DNA of 58,566 bases from an uncultured Gammaproteobacteria bacterium (GTDB taxonomy: Bacteria > Patescibacteriota > Microgenomatia > Curtissbacterales > GWA2-41-24), in assembly GCA_964492425.1 (NCBI GenBank), contig CAZBKB010000004.1:24260-82825 (forward strand), written 5' to 3'. Positions 35,700 through 45,442 of this stretch are shown here, one piece after another. How positions within the stretch are numbered: position 1 is the stretch's first letter; each line of letters opens with the position of its first letter. Both the position numbers and the translations under genes were made by a program. The notes under the pieces are model-generated. The model made no database searches, was not told the DNA's origin, and worked only from the letters and a program-made list of their open reading frames with translations.

Positions 35700-36080
35700 T
35701 TATTTTTGCCTCCTTAAAGAATTTAATGTGGCAATCAGCATACTTATTGTTTGTGAATTCAGATTTATAATAACATCTACCTCTTTTGAATACTTTGGGT
35801 AAATTTCTTTTATTAATTCCAACCAGTATTCAGTTTCCCTGGCAGAACCAAGAGCCATTTGTATAAACCTTGCATATTCTTTACCCTTATACTTCCCAAA
35901 CCCTTCTGCTATATTGGCTCCGACTGACATGCAAGACCTCAGAATTTGATCTATTATTACCCATGCGATTTTTTCATTTGGAATACTTCTTGTTAAATGG
36001 ACAATAAGTAAGGTTGCCTGCTTTGCAGTTTGCCAAAACTTAAGGTCTTTATAAGAATTAATTTTACTTTGATTCATCAT
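35700..36080 (-). CDS. four-helix-bundle protein ('23S rRNA intervening sequence protein' family)
   Basis: ...LKFWQTAKQATLLIVHLTRSIP..., SVGANIAEGFGKY, ALGSARETEYWLELI. Confidence 0.8.
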   Translation of the reverse strand: MMNQSKINSYKDLKFWQTAKQATLLIVHLTRSIPNEKIAWVIIDQILRSCMSVGANIAEGFGKYKGKEYARFIQMALGSARETEYWLELIKEIYPKYSKEVDVIINLNSQTISMLIATLNSLRRQK

Positions 36081-36103
36081 TCTTATCCTGTTATCTTCTT
36101 ATC

Positions 36104-36673
36104 TTAAAGACCAAGTTCTTCAGCGTGATTTTGCATAGCTGACAAAGTCAGGGCCATAAATTCTTCCAGTGGAATCGAAAGTTCCTCCTCGCAGGTTTTG
36201 ATTTGATCACGGTTGGCTCCGGCAGCAAAGGATTTATCTTTGAATTTACGAAGGACTGATTCAGTGGTTACTGACTTTAATTTTTTTTCTGGTTGAACAA
36301 GAGCGCAGGCAACTATCAGTCCAGTCAGCTCGTCTACTGCATAAATGGATTTGGCAATTAAAGTATTTCTTGGCGCTTTATCGCAATGGCCACAGATAGC
36401 GTTAATGATGATTTGATCCGCGTTTAGCTCTTTTAATAATTTAGTCGTCTCTTCGGTGTGAAGCTCGAGTGATTTATTGGTTTTTTCGTAATCGGCATCA
36501 TGCAGCAAACCTACAATTTCCCAATCTTCTTTGGTTAATTCCGTAGATTTGTTTTTTGATTTGAAGTAATCATATAGCGCTGCCATTGCAAAACCACATG
36601 CCTTGCCATGTTTTACCATCTGTGGGGAGTTTTTCAACTCTTCGAGGATTCTTAGCGCATTACCTTTGGTCAT
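36104..36673 (-). CDS. HD/HDIG-domain protein
   Basis: HGKACGFAMAALYDYF ... VGLLHDADYEKT. ATGA overlap with lysS. Confidence 0.65.
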   Translation of the reverse strand: MTKGNALRILEELKNSPQMVKHGKACGFAMAALYDYFKSKNKSTELTKEDWEIVGLLHDADYEKTNKSLELHTEETTKLLKELNADQIIINAICGHCDKAPRNTLIAKSIYAVDELTGLIVACALVQPEKKLKSVTTESVLRKFKDKSFAAGANRDQIKTCEEELSIPLEEFMALTLSAMQNHAEELGL

Positions 36674-38115
36674 TTATCTTGCGGTTTGACCGTCGGGAAA
36701 AATACTGTTTCACGGATGGGTTTATCAACTAAAACTGCAAAAAATCTTTGGGACATGCCAAAGCCGACAGCAGGGGGCATTCCATATTCCAATGCCTCAA
36801 TAAAATCTTTATCATACATTTGGGCTTCCTGGTCACCTGCTTTTCTTAGTTCTTGCTGTTCTTTGAACCTCTCTTGTTGATCCTGGGGATTATTCAGCTC
36901 GGACCAACCATTTCCGACTTCGGTTCCAGCAGCCAGAACTTGAACTCGTTGTACTTTCTGGGGGTTTTTGTCATCTCTTTTGGCAAGCGGGGACACCGCA
37001 ACTGGATGATTTAAAAGAAGAGAAGGTTGAATAATTTTTGGGCGAATTGTTTTTTTATAAATAAGATCGATTAACCTTCCTTCGCCTAGATTTTTGCCTG
37101 GTTTTGCGCCAATTTTTTCTGCAATAATATACAACTCTTCTTTTTTAGGATTTTTGGAAAGATCAATACCAGTCTCATCTTTAAAAGCATGAAAATAGTC
37201 TACTTGTTGCCACTTTCTGCTCCAATCTATATCTTTTTTTCCGTGTCTAGATTTTTCGGAGCCTAAAGTTTCTTTTACAATAAAGCGGTAATACTTTTCG
37301 ATAAAGCTTATCAGCTCCTGATAATCTGCATAGGCCCAGTAAAATTCCATTTGCAGATAATCCTGCAAATGTTCGGCATCGATACCTTCATTCCTAAAGA
37401 TTTTGCCAATCTCGAAAATTTTTTCAAAACCTCCTACGAGAAGCCTTTTTTGGTAAAGCTCGAGTGATATTCGAAGATAAAAATCGCGGTTTTGGGCATT
37501 GTGATGGGTAATAAAAGGTTTGGCATCGGCACCTCCGGGAATTGCCTCAAGTGCTGGTGTCTCCACTTCCAAAAAATTATTATCAATTAAAAAATTTCTG
37601 GCAGCATTCCAAAATTTAGTTTTTTTGACAAACAAATCTATAGCTTGGGGATTTGTTATTAAATCGAGATATCTTTTTCTTAGGCGGGTTTCGACATCTT
37701 TTAGCCCATAGAAAGAGGAGGGGATTGGACGGATGGATTTCGTAAGCAGTTTGAAACCATCTACAAAGATTGTGATTTGGCCGGCCTGGGTCTTTTTGAC
37801 CTCACCAGAAACTTGGATGAAGTCGCCTATGTCAAGAAGGGTTAATAGTTCGTTGTTGATATCCGAAAGTTTATCTTTGGAGAAGAAAAGCTGGATCTTG
37901 CCAGATTCGTCAGCAAGGTCTGCAAAAGTTGAACCGCCGTGACCTCGAAGACCAACAAGCCGACCGGCCGTTTGCACATTTTTGCCGTGGGATTTTAGAC
38001 ATTCCCCTACCGTTTGTTTTTTCGTTACTTTTGCAGGGAACGGATCAATTTTTAGCTTTTGGATTTTTGCCAGTTTTTCGAGGCGAATTTTCCTCAGGTT
38101 GTCTATAGGCTCCAT
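36670..38115 (-). CDS. lysS: lysyl-tRNA synthetase, class II
   Basis: OB-fold N-domain (VGLRGHGGSTFADLADESGKIQLFF) and class II motifs FLEVETPAL, FRNEGID; 481 aa. Confidence 0.95.
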   Translation of the reverse strand: MEPIDNLRKIRLEKLAKIQKLKIDPFPAKVTKKQTVGECLKSHGKNVQTAGRLVGLRGHGGSTFADLADESGKIQLFFSKDKLSDINNELLTLLDIGDFIQVSGEVKKTQAGQITIFVDGFKLLTKSIRPIPSSFYGLKDVETRLRKRYLDLITNPQAIDLFVKKTKFWNAARNFLIDNNFLEVETPALEAIPGGADAKPFITHHNAQNRDFYLRISLELYQKRLLVGGFEKIFEIGKIFRNEGIDAEHLQDYLQMEFYWAYADYQELISFIEKYYRFIVKETLGSEKSRHGKKDIDWSRKWQQVDYFHAFKDETGIDLSKNPKKEELYIIAEKIGAKPGKNLGEGRLIDLIYKKTIRPKIIQPSLLLNHPVAVSPLAKRDDKNPQKVQRVQVLAAGTEVGNGWSELNNPQDQQERFKEQQELRKAGDQEAQMYDKDFIEALEYGMPPAVGFGMSQRFFAVLVDKPIRETVFFPTVKPQDK

Positions 38116-38152
38116 GGCCTACAGTATACGAAAGAGAATGCAGTTTGGCAAT

Positions 38153-39589
38153 TTATTGTTGGGCAGTTGTGCTTTCCAAATAAGTCCTATGACGAGGACC
38201 TGTTCTGTTAATTTTTTCGTCTAAGTCTGGAAATGATATATTTCCATTAAAGGGTTCCAATGGGCCTGCGAATTTTTTACCACCTTGTTCTGACCTTAAC
38301 GACATAACAAAGTCCCATTGCTGTTTAGGATTTGTGGGGGAACTTACAAGATGCCTTAAATACTTTTTTCTGCCTTCTGAATTTAGTGCTTGTGCGTACT
38401 GTCGTTGATGAAAAAATCCTGCTCCGTAAGCCATTAAATATGTAGATTTTGTAACATCTTTTGTCCTGCTGGCAATTTGCCTTCGAATTTCATCTTCTGG
38501 TTCTGCTGGGCAGTATTGATGCATGTATTCGACCATTTGTTCGTCTGTGGCACCGTTTTCATTAACTAAAATGTGGATATTGTTGTATACCATTTGTCTT
38601 AATCCTTCTTGCTCTATCTCTATTTCAGTTTCTAAATCCAAGTGCCCTCGCACCGCTTCAGAGAAATGGTGGATGGAATTTGCCATGCCTTCCGATGTAA
38701 CCTGGCCGGGGTCATGAACAGATGTTAAACCAATTGCCGGAAACAACTCGCCCTTCCTTATTCCTTGAAGCCAACCAAACATTTGATAGAAATGCCAAAA
38801 TTCATGCCTAACCATTGCCTTGATTTTACCTTGAGTTCTTTTGTAGTCATGGTTTTTGTGAGCGTTATACTTTAGTTCAAAACTATTGACATTACCGGAC
38901 GCCCATTGAATCCAGTAGTCATCAACTTTTACAACCGAAATTTTAACCGGATGATCAAATTTTAAACCCACAGTATCAGCTAAATCTTGTAAATATTGCT
39001 TAGACTCAACTCGAATTAAATCTCCAACTTGATCTTCGTCAACTTTTGTCTCATCTCGATATCTTTCGATCTCTTGCCTGGTATAAGAAATCCCTTTATC
39101 ACTATATAAGATTCTAACTATCTCTCTTTGAGCATCAAGATCAGCACTGCTAATCATCTCAGGAGTCAAACCCATTGTTAATTCCACAAAATCGTGATTG
39201 TCAAATACTGCACCCATTCTTGCTTGTTGGAAGGTATCATGTGCGATCAGCTTACTTTTAAGAAATGCGTATTGTGTCTTCGCGTTTCTAGAAAATGGAG
39301 TGCCAACTTCTTCAAGAGATTTTCTTCCTTCTAGTATTCTGCTTAGAATAACTTCTCTTTCTACTCTATCTGCTCTACTGTGAAGTATGCTTGCGTAGGC
39401 TTGGTCGGTCTCATCTTCAGGCAGTAAATCAAAATCCAAGATACCTTCTTTGGGGCCAGAAACATTCGAGGCCGCTCTCAAGCTTATTGTTAAAGTGTCA
39501 GAAAGCTCAAAAATTCTGCGCGTGGAGTTATCTCTCCCCAAGGAAGATCTATCAAATAATCTACCCAGTTGTCTATCAGGCATTGCCAT
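38153..39589 (-). CDS. putative gluzincin metallopeptidase (HExxH ... SEG), family uncertain (DUF1704/MATCAP-like?)
   Basis: 478 aa, no signal peptide. VRHEFWHFYQMFGW...GLTSVHDPGQVTSEGMANSIHHF. Confidence 0.45.
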   Translation of the reverse strand: MAMPDRQLGRLFDRSSLGRDNSTRRIFELSDTLTISLRAASNVSGPKEGILDFDLLPEDETDQAYASILHSRADRVEREVILSRILEGRKSLEEVGTPFSRNAKTQYAFLKSKLIAHDTFQQARMGAVFDNHDFVELTMGLTPEMISSADLDAQREIVRILYSDKGISYTRQEIERYRDETKVDEDQVGDLIRVESKQYLQDLADTVGLKFDHPVKISVVKVDDYWIQWASGNVNSFELKYNAHKNHDYKRTQGKIKAMVRHEFWHFYQMFGWLQGIRKGELFPAIGLTSVHDPGQVTSEGMANSIHHFSEAVRGHLDLETEIEIEQEGLRQMVYNNIHILVNENGATDEQMVEYMHQYCPAEPEDEIRRQIASRTKDVTKSTYLMAYGAGFFHQRQYAQALNSEGRKKYLRHLVSSPTNPKQQWDFVMSLRSEQGGKKFAGPLEPFNGNISFPDLDEKINRTGPRHRTYLESTTAQQ

Positions 39590-39636
39590 TTATAATGGTC
39601 CTTTGTTTAACTTCAAAGAGTGAGTATTGTAACTTT

Positions 39637-41001
39637 TTATATTAGTTCTTTCAAGTTTTCGGAGAATCTTTCAAAAATATTCAAGGAAGCATAACGTTCG
39701 GTGAACTTTTTGGCATCTTCGTAAGTGCCAACTGCAAGAATCCTTTCAAGTGTATCTGAGAGTTCATTTATTGACACAAACAGTTTAGTGAAGTTAGGCC
39801 AAGAAAAGCCGCCTGATTCACGGATTGCCCCGTTTTCTAAAAAAAAGTTTAGGGCAATTGCAAAGCCCTGTGCATAGTGAATAACGCTTGGTTCTTTTAG
39901 ATATGAGAGCCACCAAGAAAAGGCAAGGGTTATAAACATGACCATAATTGCTTCCAATTCTTTTTCGGTAATTGCGTTTTTTAGAAGAAGTGACCCGCAA
40001 GCTTTAACTCCGAAGACCGATGCCGATATTTCATCAAAGACAGGAAAGTATTCTTTAAGTCTTCTTTCAGCGTCGCGATATCGGAGTAGCGGGTGAGAAA
40101 TTTCATGGAGATATGAATTTCTGAGTGAACCTAATCTCAGAACATCTACTGGGTAATCTTCTTGAAATTTTTCTTCAAAGACCGCATGGAATATAGGATG
40201 CCTTTCTCTGTCGAACTTAAGCTTAAATGCCGGTTTAAATATGGTGATTTCTGAACCGTTTTTTTCCATTATGTTGACATCATTGGGAAGATTTGAGCTT
40301 GTGAACATGAAGCGGGCAATTAGACCCGAAAAGATAATTGTGTCATCTACTCTAATCTGGATTTTGTCGAGGAAATCGACTTTTTCGGAAGGTGCCAATA
40401 CACGTCTTCTTGAGCCAACAATGTAATTCTTAAACCTTACAGCGTCTTCCGTTAGCTTTACGTCCATTATGCCTACCCAAGATTGGCATGCGCATTTTAT
40501 GAAAAATAGCTTGTCAAGGTATCTTTCAACAGGACCTATTACAAAATTGATTTTGTAGGGTTTCATAGAAAGCCAATAAATATCACTGGCTTCGTAGTTA
40601 CCATCCAAAAGTGCGTTTGCCTGCACTTCCAGCCTTTTGGCAAAGTCCTTATTATCCGTTAATTTTGCCGCTTCTCTAATTAGCTTTGCAGTTTTTTTTA
40701 GTTGTGTTTTAAATTTAACGTGATAAGGGATAGCAATTAGTTTTCCCTTTTTGTCCCTTTCGACAACAGTAAAAGGTGAAAGGATATCCCCATTCTTTTT
40801 TGCAGCTTCTAAAATTTGATTTCTGGTTGCGTCCCTAGGGTAAAAATTTGCACCGTTATTTGTGTTGTTTTCTTGCTTTAGGTAAATTGGGGCAATAGAT
40901 TCTGCGGCCTTTATGAGTTTTTGGACAACCTTTTTTTCTGAAGGTGATAATTTTATCCCTTTTGCAGGAAATTTGACAATTGGACTTTTTCTTGGGGTCA
41001 T
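39637..41001 (-). CDS. putative Zn-hydrolase, DPP III (M49)-like bacterial family
   Basis: 454 aa. GANFYPRDAT..., ...DIYWLSMKPYKINFVIGPVERYLDKLF..., NSYLHEISHPLLRY. ATGA overlap with greA. Confidence 0.45.
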   Translation of the reverse strand: MTPRKSPIVKFPAKGIKLSPSEKKVVQKLIKAAESIAPIYLKQENNTNNGANFYPRDATRNQILEAAKKNGDILSPFTVVERDKKGKLIAIPYHVKFKTQLKKTAKLIREAAKLTDNKDFAKRLEVQANALLDGNYEASDIYWLSMKPYKINFVIGPVERYLDKLFFIKCACQSWVGIMDVKLTEDAVRFKNYIVGSRRRVLAPSEKVDFLDKIQIRVDDTIIFSGLIARFMFTSSNLPNDVNIMEKNGSEITIFKPAFKLKFDRERHPIFHAVFEEKFQEDYPVDVLRLGSLRNSYLHEISHPLLRYRDAERRLKEYFPVFDEISASVFGVKACGSLLLKNAITEKELEAIMVMFITLAFSWWLSYLKEPSVIHYAQGFAIALNFFLENGAIRESGGFSWPNFTKLFVSINELSDTLERILAVGTYEDAKKFTERYASLNIFERFSENLKELI

Positions 41002-41474
41002 TTTATCTCAAGGACTTTGAGTTTGCTCTTGACCGGACCGATTCCTACTTCGATGGTTTCGCCTGCCTTTAAACCTAAAAGAGCTTTACCAACCGGTGAC
41101 TCGTTGGAGATTTTATTCTTAGCAGGGTCAGCTTCTATTGAACCGACAATTGAAAATTCGTGGATTTCGTCATTCATTTGCACGACTACTGTCGAACCGA
41201 TAACTACTATATCCGCACCTTGCGCCTGCTGGATCAGTTGGGCTTTGGGTAAAACTTCTTCAATTTGGGCAATCCTGGCTTCGATTAAAGATTGCTCTTC
41301 TTTTGCCGCATCGTATTCGGAGTTTTCAGCGAGGTCACCAAACTCACGGGCTGTCTGGATCCTCTGGGCAATTTGCGGCCTTATTATTTGGGTGAGTCTT
41401 TCGTATTCAGTTTTGATGTGTTCTAAACCTTCTTGAGTGAGAATGAATTTTTTACTACCAATCTGAGCGTTCAT
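40998..41474 (-). CDS. greA: transcription elongation factor GreA
   Basis: ...AREFGDLAENSEYDAAKEEQ..., ISNESPVGKALLG; 158 aa. Confidence 0.9.
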   Translation of the reverse strand: MNAQIGSKKFILTQEGLEHIKTEYERLTQIIRPQIAQRIQTAREFGDLAENSEYDAAKEEQSLIEARIAQIEEVLPKAQLIQQAQGADIVVIGSTVVVQMNDEIHEFSIVGSIEADPAKNKISNESPVGKALLGLKAGETIEVGIGPVKSKLKVLEIK

Positions 41475-41519
41475 GGAGCAATTATTTTATTGCAAAAGGG
41501 GTAAATAGTCAAGAAAAAT

Positions 41520-42347
41520 TTATCTTTCCCTCTGGGAAAATGCGGGAGCTTCAGCTTCATATACACCCCTATGCACTTCGGGATCAAAATGCAATTCGTC
41601 ATAGGCACGCCTTAAATCATCCCTATATCGATAAATTTCGGCTGCAAGCTCTTTGTCCTCTAATGCGTCTGGATCTGCAATGAGTAACCCTTCTATGTTT
41701 TCTATCACAGCAATAGATTTAACACCGAATTTTTTCGCCGTTTTGCCTGTTTCATCAACCATGAATCCATAATGCCCAAATGCGGCAACAATTTCCCCAA
41801 TTGCGCCATGATTTATATCAATCCCCATGAAACCATTTCTCTCACAAAACTGTATATAATCTTTAGCGTCTTCAGGCGCACCATTCATTCCCATTTCGAC
41901 AATTCTCCCATCCCAACCATTTTCTTCGAAATGCTTTATCATCAAGTATTTGTACTCTCCGGAAACAATACCTGGCGGAAGTGTTGCTGTTGTCTCCGCC
42001 TGAAGATTATTTCTAACTATTAGGTCAAGTGTGGGTTTAGCAAATTTTTCTTCTCTGCCAAAATATTCATAACGATCCAGTACTGTAATTCTTGTCGCAG
42101 GATAATGAGTTTTTATTTCCCGCATCCAGTCGCTACCGACAATGCCTATATGGCCATATTGTCTAACTTTGGTTGGTATGTCTCCTGATCTCAATTGCAA
42201 AACTAGATTAATATCCTCGTTGCTATCTTCTGCTTTTCTTACGCGAGCCATTTCGTCTTCGCTTACATAAACAATGGGTCTACCAGCTTCCAGTAGAACT
42301 TCTTCTATTGTTCCGTTCATATTTTTAGGTGTGTGGACTTTTAGCAT
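41520..42347 (-). CDS. HisG-like (ATP phosphoribosyltransferase fold) protein
   Basis: MLKVHTPKNMNGTIEEVLLEAG..., LRSGDIPTKVRQYGHIGIVGSDWMRE, FMVDETGKTAKKFGV align by eye to HisG blocks. I prefer the start at ATG 42345-42347; the 49-codon upstream extension in the track runs almost into the tRNA. Confidence 0.45.
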   Translation of the reverse strand: MLKVHTPKNMNGTIEEVLLEAGRPIVYVSEDEMARVRKAEDSNEDINLVLQLRSGDIPTKVRQYGHIGIVGSDWMREIKTHYPATRITVLDRYEYFGREEKFAKPTLDLIVRNNLQAETTATLPPGIVSGEYKYLMIKHFEENGWDGRIVEMGMNGAPEDAKDYIQFCERNGFMGIDINHGAIGEIVAAFGHYGFMVDETGKTAKKFGVKSIAVIENIEGLLIADPDALEDKELAAEIYRYRDDLRRAYDELHFDPEVHRGVYEAEAPAFSQRER

Positions 42348-42506
42348 AGGCTTTAATAAAAATGGAGTATAGATGTTAGCATAAAAATGTATAAATTTCC
42401 AGTGCCACTTGAGAGTCTTTCTGTTGATCAGCTGAATAGCTTCAGTTATAATTAGCACTGTTTTGGATGTAGTACATCCGATTCTCAATCTCATATAGCG
42501 TCACTT

Positions 42507-42579
42507 GCCGCTTTCGTCTAGTGGCCCAGGACGCAGCGTTCTCAACGCTGGAACACCGGTTCGACTCCGGTAAGCGGCA
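42507..42579 (+). tRNA. tRNA-Glu (anticodon CUC)
   Basis: Manual cloverleaf: acceptor GCCGCTT/AAGCGGC, D-arm TCGTCTAGTGGCCCAGGAC (classic tRNA-Glu), anticodon stem CAGCG/CGCTG with loop TTCTCAA, T-arm ACCGG-TTCGACT-CCGGT. CCA is not encoded. Confidence 0.85.
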
Positions 42580-42682
42580 CAAAGATGACATTATGTAGAT
42601 ATCGATAGTTTGCAATTGTTTATAATTAAATAATTGTGGAGTTTGATTCTGGTTGTAGTCTGCCAGTTATTTAGTATTTGAA

Positions 42683-43354
42683 ATGTTGAATCTTTTAGTC
42701 TGCTTTATTATTTTGCTGTCGACTATTGTCACCCCGCTGCCGGTTTTTGGTGACACTCATTATGGCGAAGTTACCGGCGGGCAAGTAAATGAAGCGCTTG
42801 CCAATACTGCTCATGTTAGGTTTTTACCTCCAAATCCTCTTTACTACTTATCTCGGGTTAAGGAATTATTTAGCCGGTTTTTTACAGCGTCTGCTGTTGA
42901 AAGAGCAAGATTTGATTTTATGATCTCGTCGAAAAGACTCAAAGAGACATACCTTCTGTTTGAGCAAAGTAAATACAGTTCTGCAAATAATGCTTTAGCT
43001 GACTATAGTATTGCTACAAATAAAAGTGTTGAGCAGTTAAAAAAGGCCCGATCGCAAAACCAAGAAATTATACCGGTTGTTGAGGAGATTACAGATAAAT
43101 TGAATTACCATGAAATTTTGTTGATTTATCTAATTAAAAACGGTAATGATAACTTAAACATTCAAAATGTTTTAATTTCATTCGAAGTATATGTTGAGGA
43201 GTTAAATAACTTTAAGCCAGGAAATCGTGACAGGTTTAAGATTTTGAAAGAAGAGAAAGAGGGCGAAAGTTCTTCTTCTGCCAATTTAAATCCGTCATTG
43301 TATGAAACAGTTGAGCCAACAGCCTCAGCTGTCTCTAAAAAAGTTATTTATTAA
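42683..43354 (+). CDS. secreted/anchored hypothetical protein (DUF5667-like)
   Basis: N-terminal hydrophobic segment, then VRFLPPNPLYYLSRVKELFSRFFT...RARFDFMISSKRLKETY, which resembles the DUF5667 pattern common in CPR genomes. Confidence 0.5.
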   Translation: MLNLLVCFIILLSTIVTPLPVFGDTHYGEVTGGQVNEALANTAHVRFLPPNPLYYLSRVKELFSRFFTASAVERARFDFMISSKRLKETYLLFEQSKYSSANNALADYSIATNKSVEQLKKARSQNQEIIPVVEEITDKLNYHEILLIYLIKNGNDNLNIQNVLISFEVYVEELNNFKPGNRDRFKILKEEKEGESSSSANLNPSLYETVEPTASAVSKKVIY

Positions 43355-43366
43355 ACTTGATTATGA

Positions 43367-45382
43367 TTATATGAGGAAGGGAATTAGAAGAAGTGCAACA
43401 ATGTTGATTATTTTAATCATAGGGTTAATAGCTGGCCCAGCAGTGTCTTTGTAGGGATCACCTACAGTATCACCTGTTACTGCCGCTTTGTGAGCATTTG
43501 AACCTTTACCTCCAAGGTGACCAGATTCAATATATTTTTTAGCATTGTCCCAAGCTGCTCCTCCAGTCGTCATAGAAATTGCGACAAAAATTCCCGATAC
43601 TATTGCACCCATTAATAATCCGCCCAGAGCTTTGGGTCCAAGTGTAAGACCTATTACAATTGGCGCACTTAGGGGAATTAATGCCGGAATTATCATGAGT
43701 TTGATGGCTTTTTTGGTTACGATATCAACTGCTTTGTCGTATTGTGGTTTGGCCCTTCCTTTTAAAATACCTGGAATTTCCCTAAATTGTCTGCGAACTT
43801 CTTCAACGACTGCTCCACCGGCTTTTTGAACAGCCTCCATAGCAAAAGATGCAAACAGGAAAGGCAAAGCAGCACCAATAAATAACCCTACGACAACGTT
43901 TGGGTCCGAAAGTGAAAAGTCTACATGTCCGCCTGCTTTAGCTAATTCTTGCGAGTAAGATGCAAACAGGACGAGTGAAGCTAGTGCAGCCGATGCAATC
44001 GCGTACCCTTTGGTGACAGCTTTTGTTGTATTGCCAACTGCATCCAGCGGATCTGTAATGTTCCTTACCTCTTTGGGAAGTTGGGCCATTTCTGCTATCC
44101 CTCCAGCATTATCTGTAATTGGTCCATATGCATCTATGGCCACTATTATCCCGGTTAACGACAAAAGTGCCATTGCAGCTATTGCTACTCCATAAAGGCC
44201 AGCAAGCGAAAATGCAATAAGTATCCCTGCGGATATTACTATAATCGGCAAAAATGTTGACCTTAGTGAAATTGCAAGCCCAGCGATAATATTGGTTGCA
44301 TGACCAGTTGTTGATGCATTGGCGATAGATTTTACAGGATTAAAATTCGTCGATGTGTAATATTCTGTTATAAATACTATAAGGAGTGTGACTATTATTC
44401 CTACAACTGCAGAAAAGTAAATATTGACAGTGTCGATAACCCCATTGGCATTCATCATAATGACTGTAACTGGATAAAAACTTAAGATTGACAGTGAGGA
44501 TGCAACGATAAGACCGGAATAGAGTGCTCCCATGATACTTTTATTTTTTGGCAACCTGACAAAAAAGGTGGCAATGATTGATGAGATAATCGCTACCCCG
44601 CCGAGTGCAAGCGGGTAGAGAATTGCGTTTAATGCTCCCGGGAAGATGAGTGATCCAAGCAACATTGTAGCAATAAGTGTTACTGCATATGTTTCAAAAA
44701 GATCAGCAGCCATGCCTGCACAATCACCTACATTATCACCAACGTTATCTGCAATAACTGCAGGGTTTCTGGGGTCGTCTTCCGGAATTCCCATTTCTGT
44801 TTTTCCGACAAGATCTGCACCCACATCGGCACCTTTTGTGTAAATACCGCCACCGAGCCTTGCAAAAATTGATATTAGTGATCCGCCAAATCCTAAGCCA
44901 ATGAGCCCTTCAATATTCTGCGTTGCGCCATAAAAACCAGCAGTTGACAAAAGTGCCAATCCTACAACCAGGAAACCGGTTACAGCTCCACCAGAAAAAG
45001 CGACTGAGAGTGCCCTTGCGAGACCTTTTTTTGCCGCTTGGGCCGTTCTAACATTTGCCCTGACGGAAATATTCATTCCTATAAATCCCGATGCTGCAGA
45101 AGCAACTGCTCCTATTAAAAAACCGACTGCAGTCTCGAGGGTTAATAGTGACCAGATTGCTAAAAATATCACGATTGCTACTACTGCAACTGCGGAGTAT
45201 TGTCGTGTTAGATAAGCAGCAGCACCTTCTGCAATAGCGTCGGCTATTTGACGCATTCTTGCGCTACCGCTATCCATAGAAATGATTCTGAACGAAGTGA
45301 TTACCCCATATAAAATAGCTGCAGTTGCCGCTGCAAGCGCAAAAGGCAGAGCGAGTTGTGGGTTAATATCGATAAAGTTCAC
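43367..45382 (-). CDS. hppA: membrane-bound proton/sodium-translocating pyrophosphatase
   Basis: 671 aa, about 16 TM helices. [38 protein letters not shown] start. Confidence 0.95.
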   Translation of the reverse strand: MNFIDINPQLALPFALAAATAAILYGVITSFRIISMDSGSARMRQIADAIAEGAAAYLTRQYSAVAVVAIVIFLAIWSLLTLETAVGFLIGAVASAASGFIGMNISVRANVRTAQAAKKGLARALSVAFSGGAVTGFLVVGLALLSTAGFYGATQNIEGLIGLGFGGSLISIFARLGGGIYTKGADVGADLVGKTEMGIPEDDPRNPAVIADNVGDNVGDCAGMAADLFETYAVTLIATMLLGSLIFPGALNAILYPLALGGVAIISSIIATFFVRLPKNKSIMGALYSGLIVASSLSILSFYPVTVIMMNANGVIDTVNIYFSAVVGIIVTLLIVFITEYYTSTNFNPVKSIANASTTGHATNIIAGLAISLRSTFLPIIVISAGILIAFSLAGLYGVAIAAMALLSLTGIIVAIDAYGPITDNAGGIAEMAQLPKEVRNITDPLDAVGNTTKAVTKGYAIASAALASLVLFASYSQELAKAGGHVDFSLSDPNVVVGLFIGAALPFLFASFAMEAVQKAGGAVVEEVRRQFREIPGILKGRAKPQYDKAVDIVTKKAIKLMIIPALIPLSAPIVIGLTLGPKALGGLLMGAIVSGIFVAISMTTGGAAWDNAKKYIESGHLGGKGSNAHKAAVTGDTVGDPYKDTAGPAINPMIKIINIVALLLIPFLI

Positions 45383-45442
45383 AGTAAACGTGAGAAATCA
45401 TACCGATTCTCGAGTAATTTTGCAATACTATTGAAGTAAATA

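Noticed and set aside
42348-42494. 49-codon extension of the HisG-like ORF
   Set aside because: The extension lacks homology to HisG and ends only 12 nt from the tRNA-Glu gene. The HisG-like alignment starts at MLKVHTPK. The start remains uncertain.
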